Below are positions 36,677-50,299 of a stretch of 64,000 bases of DNA, piece after piece. Source of the DNA: Gekko japonicus. Taxonomy: Eukaryota. Below the pieces are notes generated by a model. That model searched no databases, had not been told where the DNA came from, and worked only from the letters and a program-made list of their open reading frames with translations. Location: assembly GCF_001447785.1 (NCBI RefSeq), contig NW_015164186.1, positions 1,737,142 to 1,801,141 of the forward strand, in the 5' to 3' direction. The first letter of the stretch is position 1; the number at the start of each line of letters is the position of its first letter. Made by a program: the position numbers and the translations under genes.

Positions 36677-38111
36677 TTCTATATCAATTTGATAAGCAAC
36701 AGCTCCCCAAACTCTCCATTTGGGTGTCCAACACCTATCGCAAGTGATTCATTACAGGAAACATATGTAGCAGGAAATCACTGAGAACAAGTTACAAGAC
36801 CACTGAGAAGCTCAAAGAGCTTGGAAAGTCCATTCCCTCATGCTTGGGCACCCACACTATATTATTCAACATGAACTCTCTCAACAGTTTCCAGACTTGT
36901 GGTGGAAGGAACAGGAGGAGACTGGGAGCAGGCTTTGGAAGCCAGAGAGTTTACAAGGCTTCTCTTCCTTTGACATTATCTTTTTGAAGATCTTTGGAAT
37001 GCTACACTGAACTAAAATATATGTGCAATTAATTAAGCCCTCCAGAAGTTTAGCGTCAGTCCACCTCCCTCCAGTTCAGGCATTTCATGGTTGTTTGAAC
37101 ATCAACAGTGTAGGCGCTTCATGTGTGTAATTGCTCAAAATTCCCAGAAAACATTAGCACTAGCAGCTGACAAATGAGTCATATCTAATGGATTGTGCCA
37201 AACAGATGTGGCTGCAAGAGGAAAAAATGCACTTGAACTATTGAGAACAGCAGCCATCTTCCTCCTGAGTGTTAACAGATTAGCTGGACATCAGCAAATG
37301 ATTTTTTTTTTTTAATTATAAACTGCTCTGAATTCACCCAAAAGATACATGCTGGTGCCAAGGACAGCCATAAGCAAATATTCTCCTCCAGGGGACTCAT
37401 GAGCATTTTGGACACAAATTGCTTGCAGAACCACCAAAATTAAGCAGGATTAGCCTCTTGTTAAGTTATTAAATGAAAGTAATGAAATGGCAAAATTAGC
37501 CTTTAATGTGGAAAGGGAAGGAGTTCCAGAGTTTTCCCACTTTTGCATACATCTTTCATTAAGCTCCCAAGGCAGAAATAATATCATGGAGGAAATTGTT
37601 AAAGTGACTATTTAGCCCCTGTGTAGGACAGACCAGGACTCTTGGCTGCCAACTTTTTTGTGGTCAAGTCGCACTGCCACCAGCTGACCCACAAAGCCTC
37701 TGCAGCGAAACTGGAGGTAGGAGTGATGTGTTGCTTCCAGGATCTGTACCACAAAGGGTTTCCTATGGCTCTCACTTCTAGTTCCCACCAGCATCTTTCA
37801 TATATTTATTTTCTTTACTGCTTTTGTAACTGGAGTCATAAACAGCAAAGCTTTCATATATTGCACCAACCTTTTTCCATATATCAGGCATAGTTTTCAC
37901 ACTGGGATGACACTAAATGGATTAGAGGTTACCATCTGTCTATCCCCCAAACTGTATACAATCCTGCTCCCTTGTATGCCATTCAAATATAACACTTGGA
38001 TTTAGCAACATTAAAAGCTGGATTTTAATAACATTTAGGGCCATATGAGATAAATCACAATACTATACATATCAGCTCCTTCTGCAAATATTTACCTTGG
38101 ATGCCACAGGC

Positions 38112-38159
38112 TTATCTTCCACTACTCACACCTCTGTCTTCATAAATGGTAATTTCAAT
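38112..38159 (-). CDS. GOLGA7: Golgin A7 (GCP16), coding exon 4
   Basis: IEITIYEDRGVSSGR*; CAG acceptor at 38160-38162. Confidence 0.95.
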   Translation of the reverse strand: MEITIYEDRGVSSGR

Positions 38160-38717
38160 CTGCATTGTAGGGTTGTTAAAGAAACAGACTGCAGATAAGT
38201 CAGCAGTTTAAAAAGAGCAAGATAATAGAGAAGGTTCCTATACCACACTTCTAGTTAAGGGATAATCCTTGTTTCTTTGAGCCAGCTCACATGCTATGCT
38301 CTTGGATTCCTGAAGGGAGCAACATTGTTCCAATCTGCTGTTCCTTACAGGCAGAGAACAGTGGGAAGAACTTAAGAACTAACATGTGTTTCACCTTATT
38401 CCCAGGAAAGAAAGAGTTCCTGTTTCAGACTGACTTTCAACAGGATTAAATCCATGCCACAGGGAAGGGATTGTTCATCAGGCTCTTTCATACCTTGTGT
38501 AGCTCATTAGACAGCAAAAGGAAGCTTTCTCCCTTTCCCCCAAGATTTCAAACAGGCACAGCAAAGACGGCTTACCTGTGGATGCTCATCAGAAGAAGGA
38601 AACACATAAATCCAACTCCATGCACAGCCATGAGAAAAAGAGGACCTATAGTACAACATGCCTTTTTCGCTGGTTTTGTTCTTCAACTGACAGAACAAAA
38701 ATCTCTGCTTACACCTA

Positions 38718-39280
38718 GTCAGGAACCCACATACCTAAGGGACCGCCTTTCCCTGTAAGTTCCCCAGAGAGCACTGCAGTCGGGGACCCAGAATCAGCTG
38801 GCCCTCCCGGGTCCTAAGGACGCTAGGCTGTCAACAACCAGGGCCAGGGCCTTTTTGGTGGTGGCCCCTGCATGGTGGAATGAGCTCCTGGAGGAGATCA
38901 GGGCCCTGCGAGACTTTTGCAGTTCTGCAGGGCCTGTAAAACAGAGCTCTTCCACCAGGCTTTTGGGAGCCGCCACCACCAATGAAGAACATCAGTTGGT
39001 TAAAAGAGAGAGGGCCCTGGACCCTGAAAACGTCCATCAACAGCCTTAAAGAACAGCAAACCCTGCAGGGACATCCAACTAACACTGAGAGCTGACTGCG
39101 AGCATTCTAGACTGGCTGAAAAAGCTATATGACTATTAAGAAATACTAGCACTTTATTGTGATTTTATATTTGTTTTAACTATAACTATGTTCTAATGTA
39201 ATTATTTTTATGTGAGCCACCCTGAGCCAGCTTTGACCGGGAGGGCGGGGTAAAAATCTGAAAAATAAATAAATAAATCA
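38718..39280 (+). mobile_element. L2 LINE 3' fragment
   Basis: PTYLRDRLS...RAFLVVAPAWWNELLEEIRAL. Same stem-loop and (AAAT)n tail as 36172-36676. Confidence 0.85.
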
Positions 39281-39564
39281 ATTAATCTGCACACTTTTTT
39301 GAACAACTAACTAGGCAATTCTTGCAGTGAAGATATTCCATTGCAGGCTGCTGAAACGCACTGGCAGGCAGTGTTGCCTGCTATGCACAGAACATCTTCC
39401 CCAATCCAGCTAGCCAATGGATCTGAAGCATCCCACAATCCCCCATTTTTTGAAAAACAGAGTTGTCATTTCTATTGGGAAATTAACTTAGCATCTGTGT
39501 TGTCCCTTGAAGACTAATACAATATTTACACAGAAATATGAACTGAAATAATTTTACCCTGATG

Positions 39565-39764
39565 TAGTAGAAAAGAGCAAGTGTCCAGTAGCACCTTAAA
39601 GACTAACAAAATCTGTGGCAGGGTAGGAGCTTTCATGAGCCATAGCGAAGTGAGCAGTGACTCACAAAAGCTCATACCCTGCCACAATGTTTGCTAGTCT
39701 TTAAGGTGCTACTGGACGCTTGCCCTTTTCTGCTGCTACAGACAGACTAACACAGCTACCCATC
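39565..39764. mobile_element. Fold-back Penelope-like pseudo-LTR remnant with 13-bp TSD
   Basis: Inverted arms TCCAGTAGCACCTTAAAGACTA. TTTTACCCTGATG at 39552-39564 and 39765-39777. Confidence 0.75.
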
Positions 39765-39905
39765 TTTTACCCTGATGCATTATGCTTCAGGAAAAGTCCA
39801 TCATTTGTTTTAGTAATGTGGTCTCTTTTAGAGTCTTGAAGACTGAGCTATGATACATTTCTGAGGACAATACATAAAGATCAAGAAACTATTGAAAAAT
39901 GATAC

Positions 39906-40007
39906 AACTCTTAGTCCTCTCTCAATTGGGTCAGTCAGGAGGAGTCCCTGTGGGGCGTAGATCTTTTCATTTTGTTCCTGAATGTACTTGGCAATTTTCT
40001 TCAGAAC
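39906..40007 (-). CDS. GOLGA7: GOLGA7 coding exon 3
   Basis: [34 protein letters not shown]; donor GTATCATTT. Confidence 0.97.
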
Positions 40008-43000
40008 CTGGAAAAAGAAAAAAACCTATAATATTTGCATCAGTTCCATCATCATCGATATATCGAAGTCTTAACATTGCCAAATCTATGGATACTTAAA
40101 TCCAGAGACTAGAGCTATGAACAGACAAAACAGATCTTTCTACAAACCTAAGGAAAGCCATAGGTTTGGAGAAAAATCTGCAACTGAAACATAATTATAC
40201 TGGAGGGATAAGTCACCCAAATAATTAAAGCAGCACCTGTATGTTTAAGAAACAAATGCCCTCTGTGGCCATTGCTAGGCAACCACAACAGTATTACCAG
40301 TTAAAGGTAGGCTGGCAGGTAGGTGGGAAGGAGAGAAGGAAGCAGGAAAAGGGGAGAGGCTATGAGGGCTTTTAGGAAAGGGAAAGAAGAAATAGCAGTG
40401 AAGAGGGAAAGGAGATGCCCCCCTGCAATTCTTGTGGTCCCCTGCTTGTCAAAAACTCATTTTTCTTAGTGTGTTATAATACAACTTGTGTTAGTCATAT
40501 TATTCCCCTCTTTATAATTGAGGAAAACAGAGGCTGCAAGGTAGCAACGGGCCAAGAAAATTCCCTGTTACCATTGTTAAATTTCAGACACTCAGCTCTT
40601 CAAGGGCAGATATGTCTTTTGCTTGTATAAGGCTATCACTGATGGCTCTGTATACACCATATCAAGTTGTAATTATAGTATCCTATACTATACGAAGCAC
40701 ACCTTGAAGACTAGTATAGTATAGTTAAAACCAGTATAGTATAGTTAAAACCAGATACAGGCCTTAAGGTTCTATCCACTGAACCATGCTGATAACAAGG
40801 ATTTAGTACCCTGTCAAAAATGCTGCATTCAAATGTCACAAATAAATCAATTTATTTATGAAGGCCATGAATCTGGTTCCACATCTGGACTGTGTGATGC
40901 CTCCTTCCTCACAAATCATGCTGAGATGGAAAGAGAAGTCTTCAATCCCAATTAGTCATGACATCCTAATGTGGACACCTATACAAACTTAGGATACCTT
41001 CTCTCTCAGATTAAAGGGTAACAATCCCAGATAATGGGGGGAAACTAACCCCAATTTATCTGAATGCAGGAGGTGCCTGAACAGTATGGCTAATTAATTA
41101 GCTGAAACTTTTAGTTTTCAACCTTGGCAGCCTGCAGGAAAACAGTGTGTCAGACTATATTTAACCAGCCTTATGCCCATCACAAACTAACTGAAATTTG
41201 TTTTGCAACAGCCAAACAGTTTCTCCGGTGAAACTGACTTTGGGCTTGGTGATACAGGAGTCCAGAATACTATCACTGTGAAGTATATGAATCAAACAAC
41301 CTGAAAGGACAAAAACCTGACTAACACTAAAATGAACATTACACATTTTCAAAAGAAGTTTACCCCTTTCTAGCTTATCAGAGATATCAGTGTTTTATCT
41401 CAGTTCAGGTAACATTAATATGCGACTGCAGTAACTTTGTTTCAGAGATCTGTATTAAAGGTACAAAAACAGTGAGAGCAATGAAGCTCATTTCAGCCAA
41501 TATACTTCTCAACTCCTAATCTGTTATGGATGGATAACTGAAGTAATGAATGTTATGGTACTCTGAATACTTAGGAAAAACACCACACAAATACTAATTA
41601 TTGCTATTACCTACACCCAGCTTTTAACAGGAGTGACTTGTGTATTATTACTAGAACTGGATAGAAGATAACCTTTTGACTCAAGCTGATATCTAAAAAC
41701 AGTAATTTTACAGTTTGATCCTGCTAAGTTTAAGCACTGATGAATGTATTTCATATTAATGGTCAACTCAGAAGAATGTAAGAAAAGCTGCACTTTATGG
41801 GCAGATAGGCCAAGTTTATTCAGATAACTTTATTGCACATAAAATTCATCACTGTATTCTGAAGTAGCAGTAAGAGACTATTCATTCATAGAAGAAATTA
41901 CATACAAGTATGACCTTTGCAGACTGTTTTTTTTTTTTAAGACAACTTGGAAAGCTTATGTACTTGATAGACTCCAAGTACCTCTTCTCCATCTCTATAA
42001 AAGCATAGTATCTCTTCTCTATAAAAGCACCGTTTTTAAGCTCTTCAAGTAGTATAGAACTGGCAGCAGACTCAGACTGCACAAATCAGTAACAAAAGCA
42101 CAATGACTATATATGGAAGAATGATTTATTACAAAAGTAAAGATCCTTTACTTCTGAAGCCAGCTATTTGCCCAACATTTAGATAGCCGCTATAAAGCCA
42201 AGAAAATGGTCTTGGGTAGAATTTTTCCATCTCTTTTTTTTAAAGTCGCTCAGGAAAGTAAATATGATTAGATAGCCAGCTGGCAAGCAGGAACAACTCT
42301 AGCTAATGCTGTTATGGAAGAGCCAAGAAAAACATTCCCATTGAGGAGAGAGGGAACCCCTGTATGTTGTTGAAAATAGGAAGAAATACAACATGAGGGG
42401 AGTTTATGACAAGCACTCTACGGATGTGAATGAGTTTCTCCTGGTGTATCTGAATGGCTGCCAAGTAAAACAGAGAGGTCCCTTGCTCCAAGTAGTATTA
42501 ATTCTAGGCCCTGGGATACTGTGGCAGCTCTGTGGCAGCTGCAGACATCACTCTTACGGAGACAAAGTTTACTCACCACAGTGTACAAATATAGAGCACA
42601 ACTCAATGTTTCTCATCTTCATGGAGTTAAATGAAACATTGGGGGGGGGGGAATCAGCTTAGTCCATTGTTGATAGCTTTCCTTTTTGTAGAATTTTAAG
42701 AAGTCGTTGGAAAAGTCATTTTGATGTTTTAAGACAGTGATCTTCAGTAGCTCAGGAGCCACGTGTAGCTGACAGGCTACCTGTGGCTCTTGCCCAATGT
42801 GACACCATTCACATGTACCAGTAAAGTGATCGGGATCATTGCCCAGCAGGGTCTGGTATTGCCAGGCAGTTACCACCTTAGAACAGCCACTACTAGAGGA
42901 CAGGTAAGCTGAGATCCCCCTTGAGTTGTGGGCCTCATTCCAGGGACAGAAGGGTCAGTCCCCTCCAACAGTCCCCTCTTCTCTGCAGCCTCTGTGTTCT

Positions 43001-44345
43001 CATCTCCACACAGGGCAACTTCCAGGACAACAGCAAGCGGACTGCAGAGAAGAGACAGTATAACTACCACAGCAGCCACCCCCCCCCCAAAAAAAGCAAG
43101 ACAGCTACTGTGGGGTGGTAGTTTTCCCTTCTCTACAGCCAGCTGGTCCTCTTCTGGGCACCAGAGCAATCTCACTCTCTTGCACGACCTGCTGTGCCTT
43201 CTGCTAAGGAGAAGGGCAAGATGGAAGAGCTTCCCCTCACTCCAGATATACAAGAGCTGGCTAAGGTTCAACAGTGGTGGGAAGAGGCAATCCTACATAT
43301 CAAAGGTACTCTGGTAATTTAAAAATTTAGGTATAGCTACAATATTATTAGGCATCTTATATTATTGTACACATGTTCGGTGGGGCAGCAAACAGGGCAT
43401 ACAATAGTTATGTGGCTCTTTTGATTGCTGGTACTTGTGTATATGGCTTTAATGTATGGAAGTCCTCTCTGAGAGGACAACTGGGCCCTTTCCAGTTCTT
43501 TTATCAAGAGCCCCATAATTTACAGTTAAGCAATGGGGACAAAAGTTACCCTAACCTCCTCCCTACAAAATTACTATAGGAAGTTGGTTTTAATGAAAAG
43601 GCACATTTTTGGTTTTTAATGATGTTATTTACCATTAAGGTATTACATTAATTGTGTCTGATTCAGCCTTTGGCCATATCCAGTAAATACTATTTATACA
43701 TTTGGATGACAGCTTAATAAAGAAAAACCTGAATGGTAACTGAACATGCCAACATGGACACAAGCCACCCTAGACTCTCACTTCCAATATGCCTTCTCAC
43801 AGAGGTAAGCAGATTTGGACTTAGCGGCTGTTCTCATTACATGCTTGTCTGAATCCTGGTTCTCCCAAAGTGGTCAATCTGTATCTGGGCTATATCACTT
43901 GGGGGGGGGGGGGGGAACACCGAAGTTTACATGATTCTATGGTCCTGAATACATGGAAAAAGAAAAAGAAAACTAGATGTCAATGAGAAGGGTTCTAGCC
44001 AACTTTCTCCATGCCTTGATATGTATGCACAGGGTTTGCTTGTTTTTAAATTTTGGGCCATTCTGTCAACAAGCAGCCCCTTGGCAATCTGAAGTCACAC
44101 AGACCAGGGAGGCCAATCACGTCCTATTTTTTTTACTGACAATTTAGAAAGAACAGCACCACTATCTATTGTCGGGAAGCTAGAATGGTAGCATTCAGCA
44201 TAGCCTGTGACACAAAAAGTTAGTCTTTCAGGTACTATTGGACTCTGCAAGATACTAATATGGCTATGGTCAGAATTTCTCCCTCCCCTCAGTAGCCACA
44301 ACACACGTTTCCTTCTTTTCAAGAGGCCACAGAAAGCTAACATAC

Positions 44346-44498
44346 CTTTTCATAATGTGTCTCCATGCACAAGAATATAGTGTAGGCAGTCAGGCATGCC
44401 AGGCACCCTTCAAGATAAGACTGGCTCCCAAGCTTCTCTGCTTCTGCATAAAGATTGTTTAGTGTTCGCACCGTTTCTTCAAATTGCTGCCTGTCAAT
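44346..44498 (-). CDS. GOLGA7: GOLGA7 coding exon 2
   Basis: [51 protein letters not shown], including the palmitoylated CxxC pair; AG/GT boundaries. Confidence 0.97.
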
Positions 44499-45489
44499 CT
44501 GAAAAATGCCATCAAATTCAGAAGTTAATGCATGCAGTGTGGCTCCTCTGTCAAACTGATTTCCTGCACGGTGACAGTTGCTTAACCTCCACAGCAAAGG
44601 ACTAATGGGTTAAACTTGTGTCTTTAGAGTTGAATGTTTCAGCACAGACTACAGATTATGTAGGCTCTTGAATTACAGGTTTTGGCAGAATACAATCAGG
44701 TTCAGTAGAGTGTTTTAAGGTACATTATGCAGCTACTGTTGATGAAAGCCAACTAATAAAATTAAGCTACCAATTGCCATCATTAGAGCAATATTCTGCT
44801 ATGGGGGCACAGTGCTGGCTCTACTTATTTTGATCTACCCCTGCAGTCAATATAGCAAGTTTCAGAAGATAAATTATCCCATTAATGTTTGTCAAGTACT
44901 AGCTGGCCAGCAGCTTAAGGAGCACTGGAGACCAAAGACACAAGGAGGCTCCAAGAAGCACTTGATTAAAGTAGGAGTGAGAAGACATACCAATGCAAGG
45001 GAGACTGGTGACCTCATTAAGCAACAATGAGGGCTTCGTTATTCTCACAACAATTAAAGATGACTACACTGTTGCTTCAGAAGCTCCTTCTCTTTGTTTA
45101 AACTCTGAGCTGACAGCATGTGGTACTTGGAACTGGAAACCTAGGCTCGGACAGGAACCTTATGCCCATTCACGTGACAAATTCCAAACTCAAAAGAACT
45201 CAGTAAATACACACACAGGCTCAAGCAGTGAAGCCACTCTCAGTCTAATGTTAAAGAGCTCTTTTGGACTTCTTGGAGAAAGAGCAGCACATAGGTAACT
45301 AAGAAACCCCCAGTTCAAATCTCATCTCAGCCACTAATTCATTAGGTGCCCTGGAAAAGTCACTGTTCTCAGCCAAAATCCCTCCTCCTGCAGTTCTACA
45401 AGATGGGGATAATACTGGCCTACCTTAGAGGAAAGGTTATGAGGATGAAGTATATGAAAATCTTATATGTATTACATAATAGGTAAATA

Positions 45490-45820
45490 ATTCTTCAATT
45501 CCGCAGGGCCTGTAAGATGGCACTGTTCCACCAGGCCTTTGGCTGAGGCAGCAGATGTCCATGCATGGCCTCCCTGAGGTTTCTGTCACCCATCTAACAA
45601 CTTCCAGCCATTTTTTTTAGGTCACCAACGAGCCAGGGAACCTCTCGCAACTGCTAATTTTCTGCTCTCGGGCTGTGACCACCATTTTAATGTATATGAC
45701 GGTGTTTTTAATATTTTAATTATTTATTGTACTACGGAAATATTGTTACATGCCATGAACCCGCTTGCAGGAAGGGAAGGCTATAAATATGAATAAATAA
45801 AACAAATAAATAATAATAAT
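45490..45820 (+). mobile_element. L2 LINE 3' fragment
   Basis: QFRRACKMALFHQAFG* followed by a degenerate stem-loop and (AAAT)n. Confidence 0.7.
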
Positions 45821-47317
45821 CAGTATCCTACTAAAAGCATCCGTCCAATTCTAGATAAAATGCTCTTAGCATTAGCCTAAATAAAAGATTTACCTGTGAA
45901 GACAAAACATTTCAATTACTATAATCCCAATATGCTACTTCCAGGGAACCATTCCATATCAATTTGCCAATCAAGAAACCTTTGCTTATTACAGAGAATT
46001 CTGGGGAATGTTTGAAGCTACGCTAGTCACACAGGGCACTGCTGGGCTTGATCACCAGTGTGAACCACAGATGTCCCCAATATACCCAATGCTCCCCATT
46101 GGAATAGTGAGAGATGGGTCAGAAAAACTTCTCATTTGGAGACTTCCAGCTCATTGATGGGTCACTATAGGTCTAAGGGCGAGTGTATTTCAGCAACTGT
46201 GTTAAAAATATTTTGCTTGGGCAGAGATGCGAAACTCTACTAAATTCCATAACTTCTTTTTCACAATCAGCACAGATTAAAATGAGAACGATTTTGAATA
46301 CAACCTTAAACCAACAGTCTCCTCATGCCCCAAAGCAAGACTCTGGAAGGCAGGTAATATGACAGCTGTCTTAGTCAGACTCTATAATGAAAAGACTTCC
46401 ACACAAACGTGACACTATGAGCAACTCGCCCACTTATTATCTACTCTCAGATGTCCAGCAGGATCTACTAGTTCAGTGAACTTGTAAACAGGAACTGACA
46501 TCCATTACAGATGGCAGAAAGATTTGAATATCTTCGCTTTCATTTGACATCCTGAGAATTTCTGCACTAATAGCTCACGCAAGGATGAGTCCACAGCCTA
46601 AGGAGCCACTTATATGAGTCATATGTATTGAGACATCTTCAAATTTCTTCAGTGGAAGAATAGGCAACTGGAGGGATTTCCCATCTGGTACCTAGCATAC
46701 CCCCCACCCTTTATTATGCACTGCAGAAACCCTCCCCCAGACCAGGATATAAGGTTTCTTTAACTCCCTCCTCCCCAGAGCAACAGAATTCTCTCCTTAC
46801 GCACCCCAGTTGTCTTTACACAACACTGGAAATAAGGATACAGGTATAAAGTGCAACAGTTGAAAAAATATGTTTGAAGAAGAACTTCTACCAATCCTCT
46901 GCTGCTGTTCACTAGGGAGGAAGGGGTTAAAGAGTCTTGGGTTTTGGATCAAACTGAGCCAATATTGCTGTTCCTTCAGTTCCTGTCCAATTCATTAGTT
47001 GCTAATTAGTTGCTAAGCAGACCTTTAGAGAATACTTTCCCCCAGTTGTGTTAAGACTACTGCCTTGGTCTTGCCATGTACCATAGGTCTCTACCTCAAT
47101 GTCACTCAAACTTTCTACTTTCTCAAAGTTAATTAGAAAAAAATTAAAGATCAATTAACAGGATTTTAGCCAGCCAATTTAAAGAGGTTAAAGTGCCTTC
47201 ATTTAGTATGTAAGACTCAAAAAGGAAGAAAAAAGTTAAGTTGCAAGATACAAGAACTGTTCCTTAGCATTATCACTGCTGCCATATAATATTGGCAAGT
47301 ATATTCTTTAAGTGTAC

Positions 47318-47509
47318 CAGTAGAAAAGAGCAAGAGCCCAGTAGCATCTTAAAGACTAACAAAATATGTAGCAGAGTATGAACTTTTGAGTGAACAGTGA
47401 CTCACGAAAGCTCATACCCTGCCACATATTTTGATAGTCTTTAAGGTGCTACTGGACTCTTACTCTTTTCTCTTGCTATACAGACAGACTAACACGGCTG
47501 CCCATCGTG
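47318..47509. mobile_element. Fold-back Penelope-like pseudo-LTR remnant with 11-bp TSD
   Basis: Same arms as 39565-39764. TTTAAGTGTAC at 47307-47317 and 47510-47520. Confidence 0.75.
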
Positions 47510-48863
47510 TTTAAGTGTACTAATTCTTCACAACTAATATGCTATAATGTATGTGACAACACATTATTGAAGAGTTCAATGTTTTTAGTCCTACTGTGGC
47601 TGTGTGAGACTATTCCTGCCAGAGGAACACTTTGTTTACTGCAAAATTTATGCTTCCTATTTTCAAAATAGTCTACCTACCTCTGAGATGGCAAAAGCCA
47701 TGTGGTAAATTAGCATGCAGTGCAGCAGTCTGCAACTCTCTGATACTGTGTATGTTCACAATTTTCCTTGTATAAAACTACATTTGGCATATTTTATAAC
47801 TTTATATGGTAACCAACTATCATGTATATTTCAATTTTCCCAAAATCACCCCCCTCCCCAAAAAAGAAAATCCCAGAAAAACTGAGTTTCCGCATGACTT
47901 CAACATTTCTGGAAATTTTACATCTCTAGCAGAGGAAAACCACAATAACTTCAGAACCAAATACTAGACCAAGAATACTGGTGATACTACATTAAAAACA
48001 TACTGGCATGGATTTTAACAGAAAATTGTTACTGTTAGCTGCCCCTAACTCTTGCTAAAAGAAAATCTGTAGTAGTTTCAAGACAACAGGCAGAACACTA
48101 GTTTTGGAGTAGGATGACACCTTTAAGCTCCCCCCCCCCTCTGAAATCTGGTGCATGGTGAAGAGAGCCATACATCAGTTTTGTGTACAGGCCCTTCAAC
48201 AGCCCCAGCTTTTTGCTTGTGAGCTTCACAGATTCAGGGGAGGGGTTTTAACCTTCAATTAAAGTTGATAAACTCTGATGTGATTAGAGTTTGCAGATGG
48301 TCAGTTTTCCTGTCTCACTGCTAGCAATTGGGGTTACATGATTATGGCCATCTGACTTTGCACAGATTCAAAGCTTGTGAAGTTGACAGTGTATCCATTT
48401 CAGTTAGTAATTGCTTTCAATTGTGCTGTGATATGGACAGAGTCACAGTTGGAAGACTTCAGGGCTTTCTATACACGTTCTCTTGAATTTGCACAAAATA
48501 AACTGCTTTTTTAAAAAAACAGATAAGACACATGATTGGTTTTATAATGGTTTACGGTTAATCAAAAACAGATTAGCTAAAACAACACCAGATGTTTAGA
48601 GATTCATCATAACAGGCTCCACCAGATGCTCTGCACTCATAAGAACGCAACCATTTTGCTGCAGCACTCCCCACAAAGGCAGAAAGGCACTTTACTGGAT
48701 GTAAGCTGTTGTACATTAACTCACAACATCCAAGAAAACCCTATAGCATCAGGAAAGAGTATGCAACACCACAGTGAGTTTGCCAATGTTAGTTTGGTGT
48801 TGCTCAGTTCTTCTCACTATGTCAAACTACAAACAAAGCTGATTAGAGCTGCCAAACACTTAC

Positions 48864-48974
48864 CCGGTTCTCCAGCTCTGGAGGGAACTTGATCTGGAAC
48901 TGGCACCTGGTGCCACTGCTGTAGTCCCGCTGGACAAAGACCTTACTCGCAACAGGCGGCTGCTGTGGCCTCAT
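48864..48974 (-). CDS. GOLGA7: GOLGA7 coding exon 1 (CDS total 414 nt, 137 aa)
   Basis: [37 protein letters not shown]|GTAAGT. An upstream acceptor at 48997-48998 implies a non-coding first exon. Confidence 0.97.
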
Positions 48975-50299
48975 CTCGCAGCTCGAACTGGCCAGTCTGG
49001 AGGTAGAGAGATAAGACACTTAGGCACAGTGGTCCTTATGCAGACTCATTCAGGGAAGAAGACCCATCTCATCTCAAAGCACAGAGACCTCTCACCTATA
49101 AGTGGCCCCCATCAACCCAGACACCTCATTTCCTTTTTCCACATCCTTCCTAAAAGCCGCACTATTTCAAAGCTGCCTCTGTGTCACCCACCCTCCATTT
49201 TGAACTGCCATTCAGGAAGACCCTTTAGCAAAGACAGGTCCTACGACCAGTATTACACCATATGTGGTTCTCCCTTGGAATCATCTGTACACCTAACCAA
49301 CTTTGCTCTAAGTGTCACCCTTAGCACACCAGGCAATGAGCCCATTTGGGCAACATGAGAATCAAATGATTTTGCCACATTTCAATTAGTTTAGGTACCT
49401 CAAAAGTTTCAAGATTACCATTTGACCTGCACAGATAACACTGTTACAGTTAAAACAACAAAGAGTATTGCTGTAAACACTGTTACAGTTAAAACAACAA
49501 AGAGGACCGCAACACTGCAAAGACTAATACATGTATTGCTGCTACACTATATAACTAATCAAAACACACCCTTAAGTGGTAACCTTTAAGCTTTGTTCTC
49601 TCCCCACCATCCAATAAAAAGTTTATTTCCAACGAAAAGAAATGGTACCAGCTGATCCTGTTCCCTGCTCCCTTAACATGCAAAACACAAACTTAATTTC
49701 AAACAATCCAGGAGGCACATCTCTCAGGTGTCTTTGCTACTTACCTTTCTCTGGAAGTGGAAACATTCCAATTTCAAAAAAAGTTCCCTGGTATGACAGG
49801 CAAGGCTTTTAAAAGTTATATCATAAATTTGTCCATCTTCATTTTTCTACAGCAGTCTACGACCATGAACCATGAGAAATCACTGGGGGCAAGAACAAGC
49901 TGGAAATCTATCTCCCTGCTTAGCTTCCAAGATCGGGCTCGCCTAGGCTTTCCAGGTCGGGGCACTTTCAATCCACTTTGCAACTGGATTTTACTGTGTG
50001 AAATGGCAAAATGCACTTCTGAACAGCCACTGGATTGAAACTGCATTATTTAGCATGTGTGAAAGCACCCAAAGTCTCCAGTTCAGCTCTCCCGCGATTG
50101 AAATATAGGACAAAGAACACTGGCCTCTTTTACAAGGATACTTGTTGAAAGGACGAAAGCAGAATTCTCTCAAAGACTTTATTAAGAACACTCCATCCCC
50201 CAAAAGCCTTATGTAAACGGGATTACCCCACACACCCTACCTCAAAATGATCGGCCCATTTCAAGACGCCTTCCCTTCCAATACCCATAATTTAGACTA

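Noticed and set aside
42390-43320. Cluster of ORFs in GOLGA7 intron 2
   Set aside because: Possibly an old transposon remnant, but no motif could be identified.
49436-49505. 29-bp direct repeat AACACTGTTACAGTTAAAACAACAAAGAG
   Set aside because: Ordinary local slippage duplication with no further structure.
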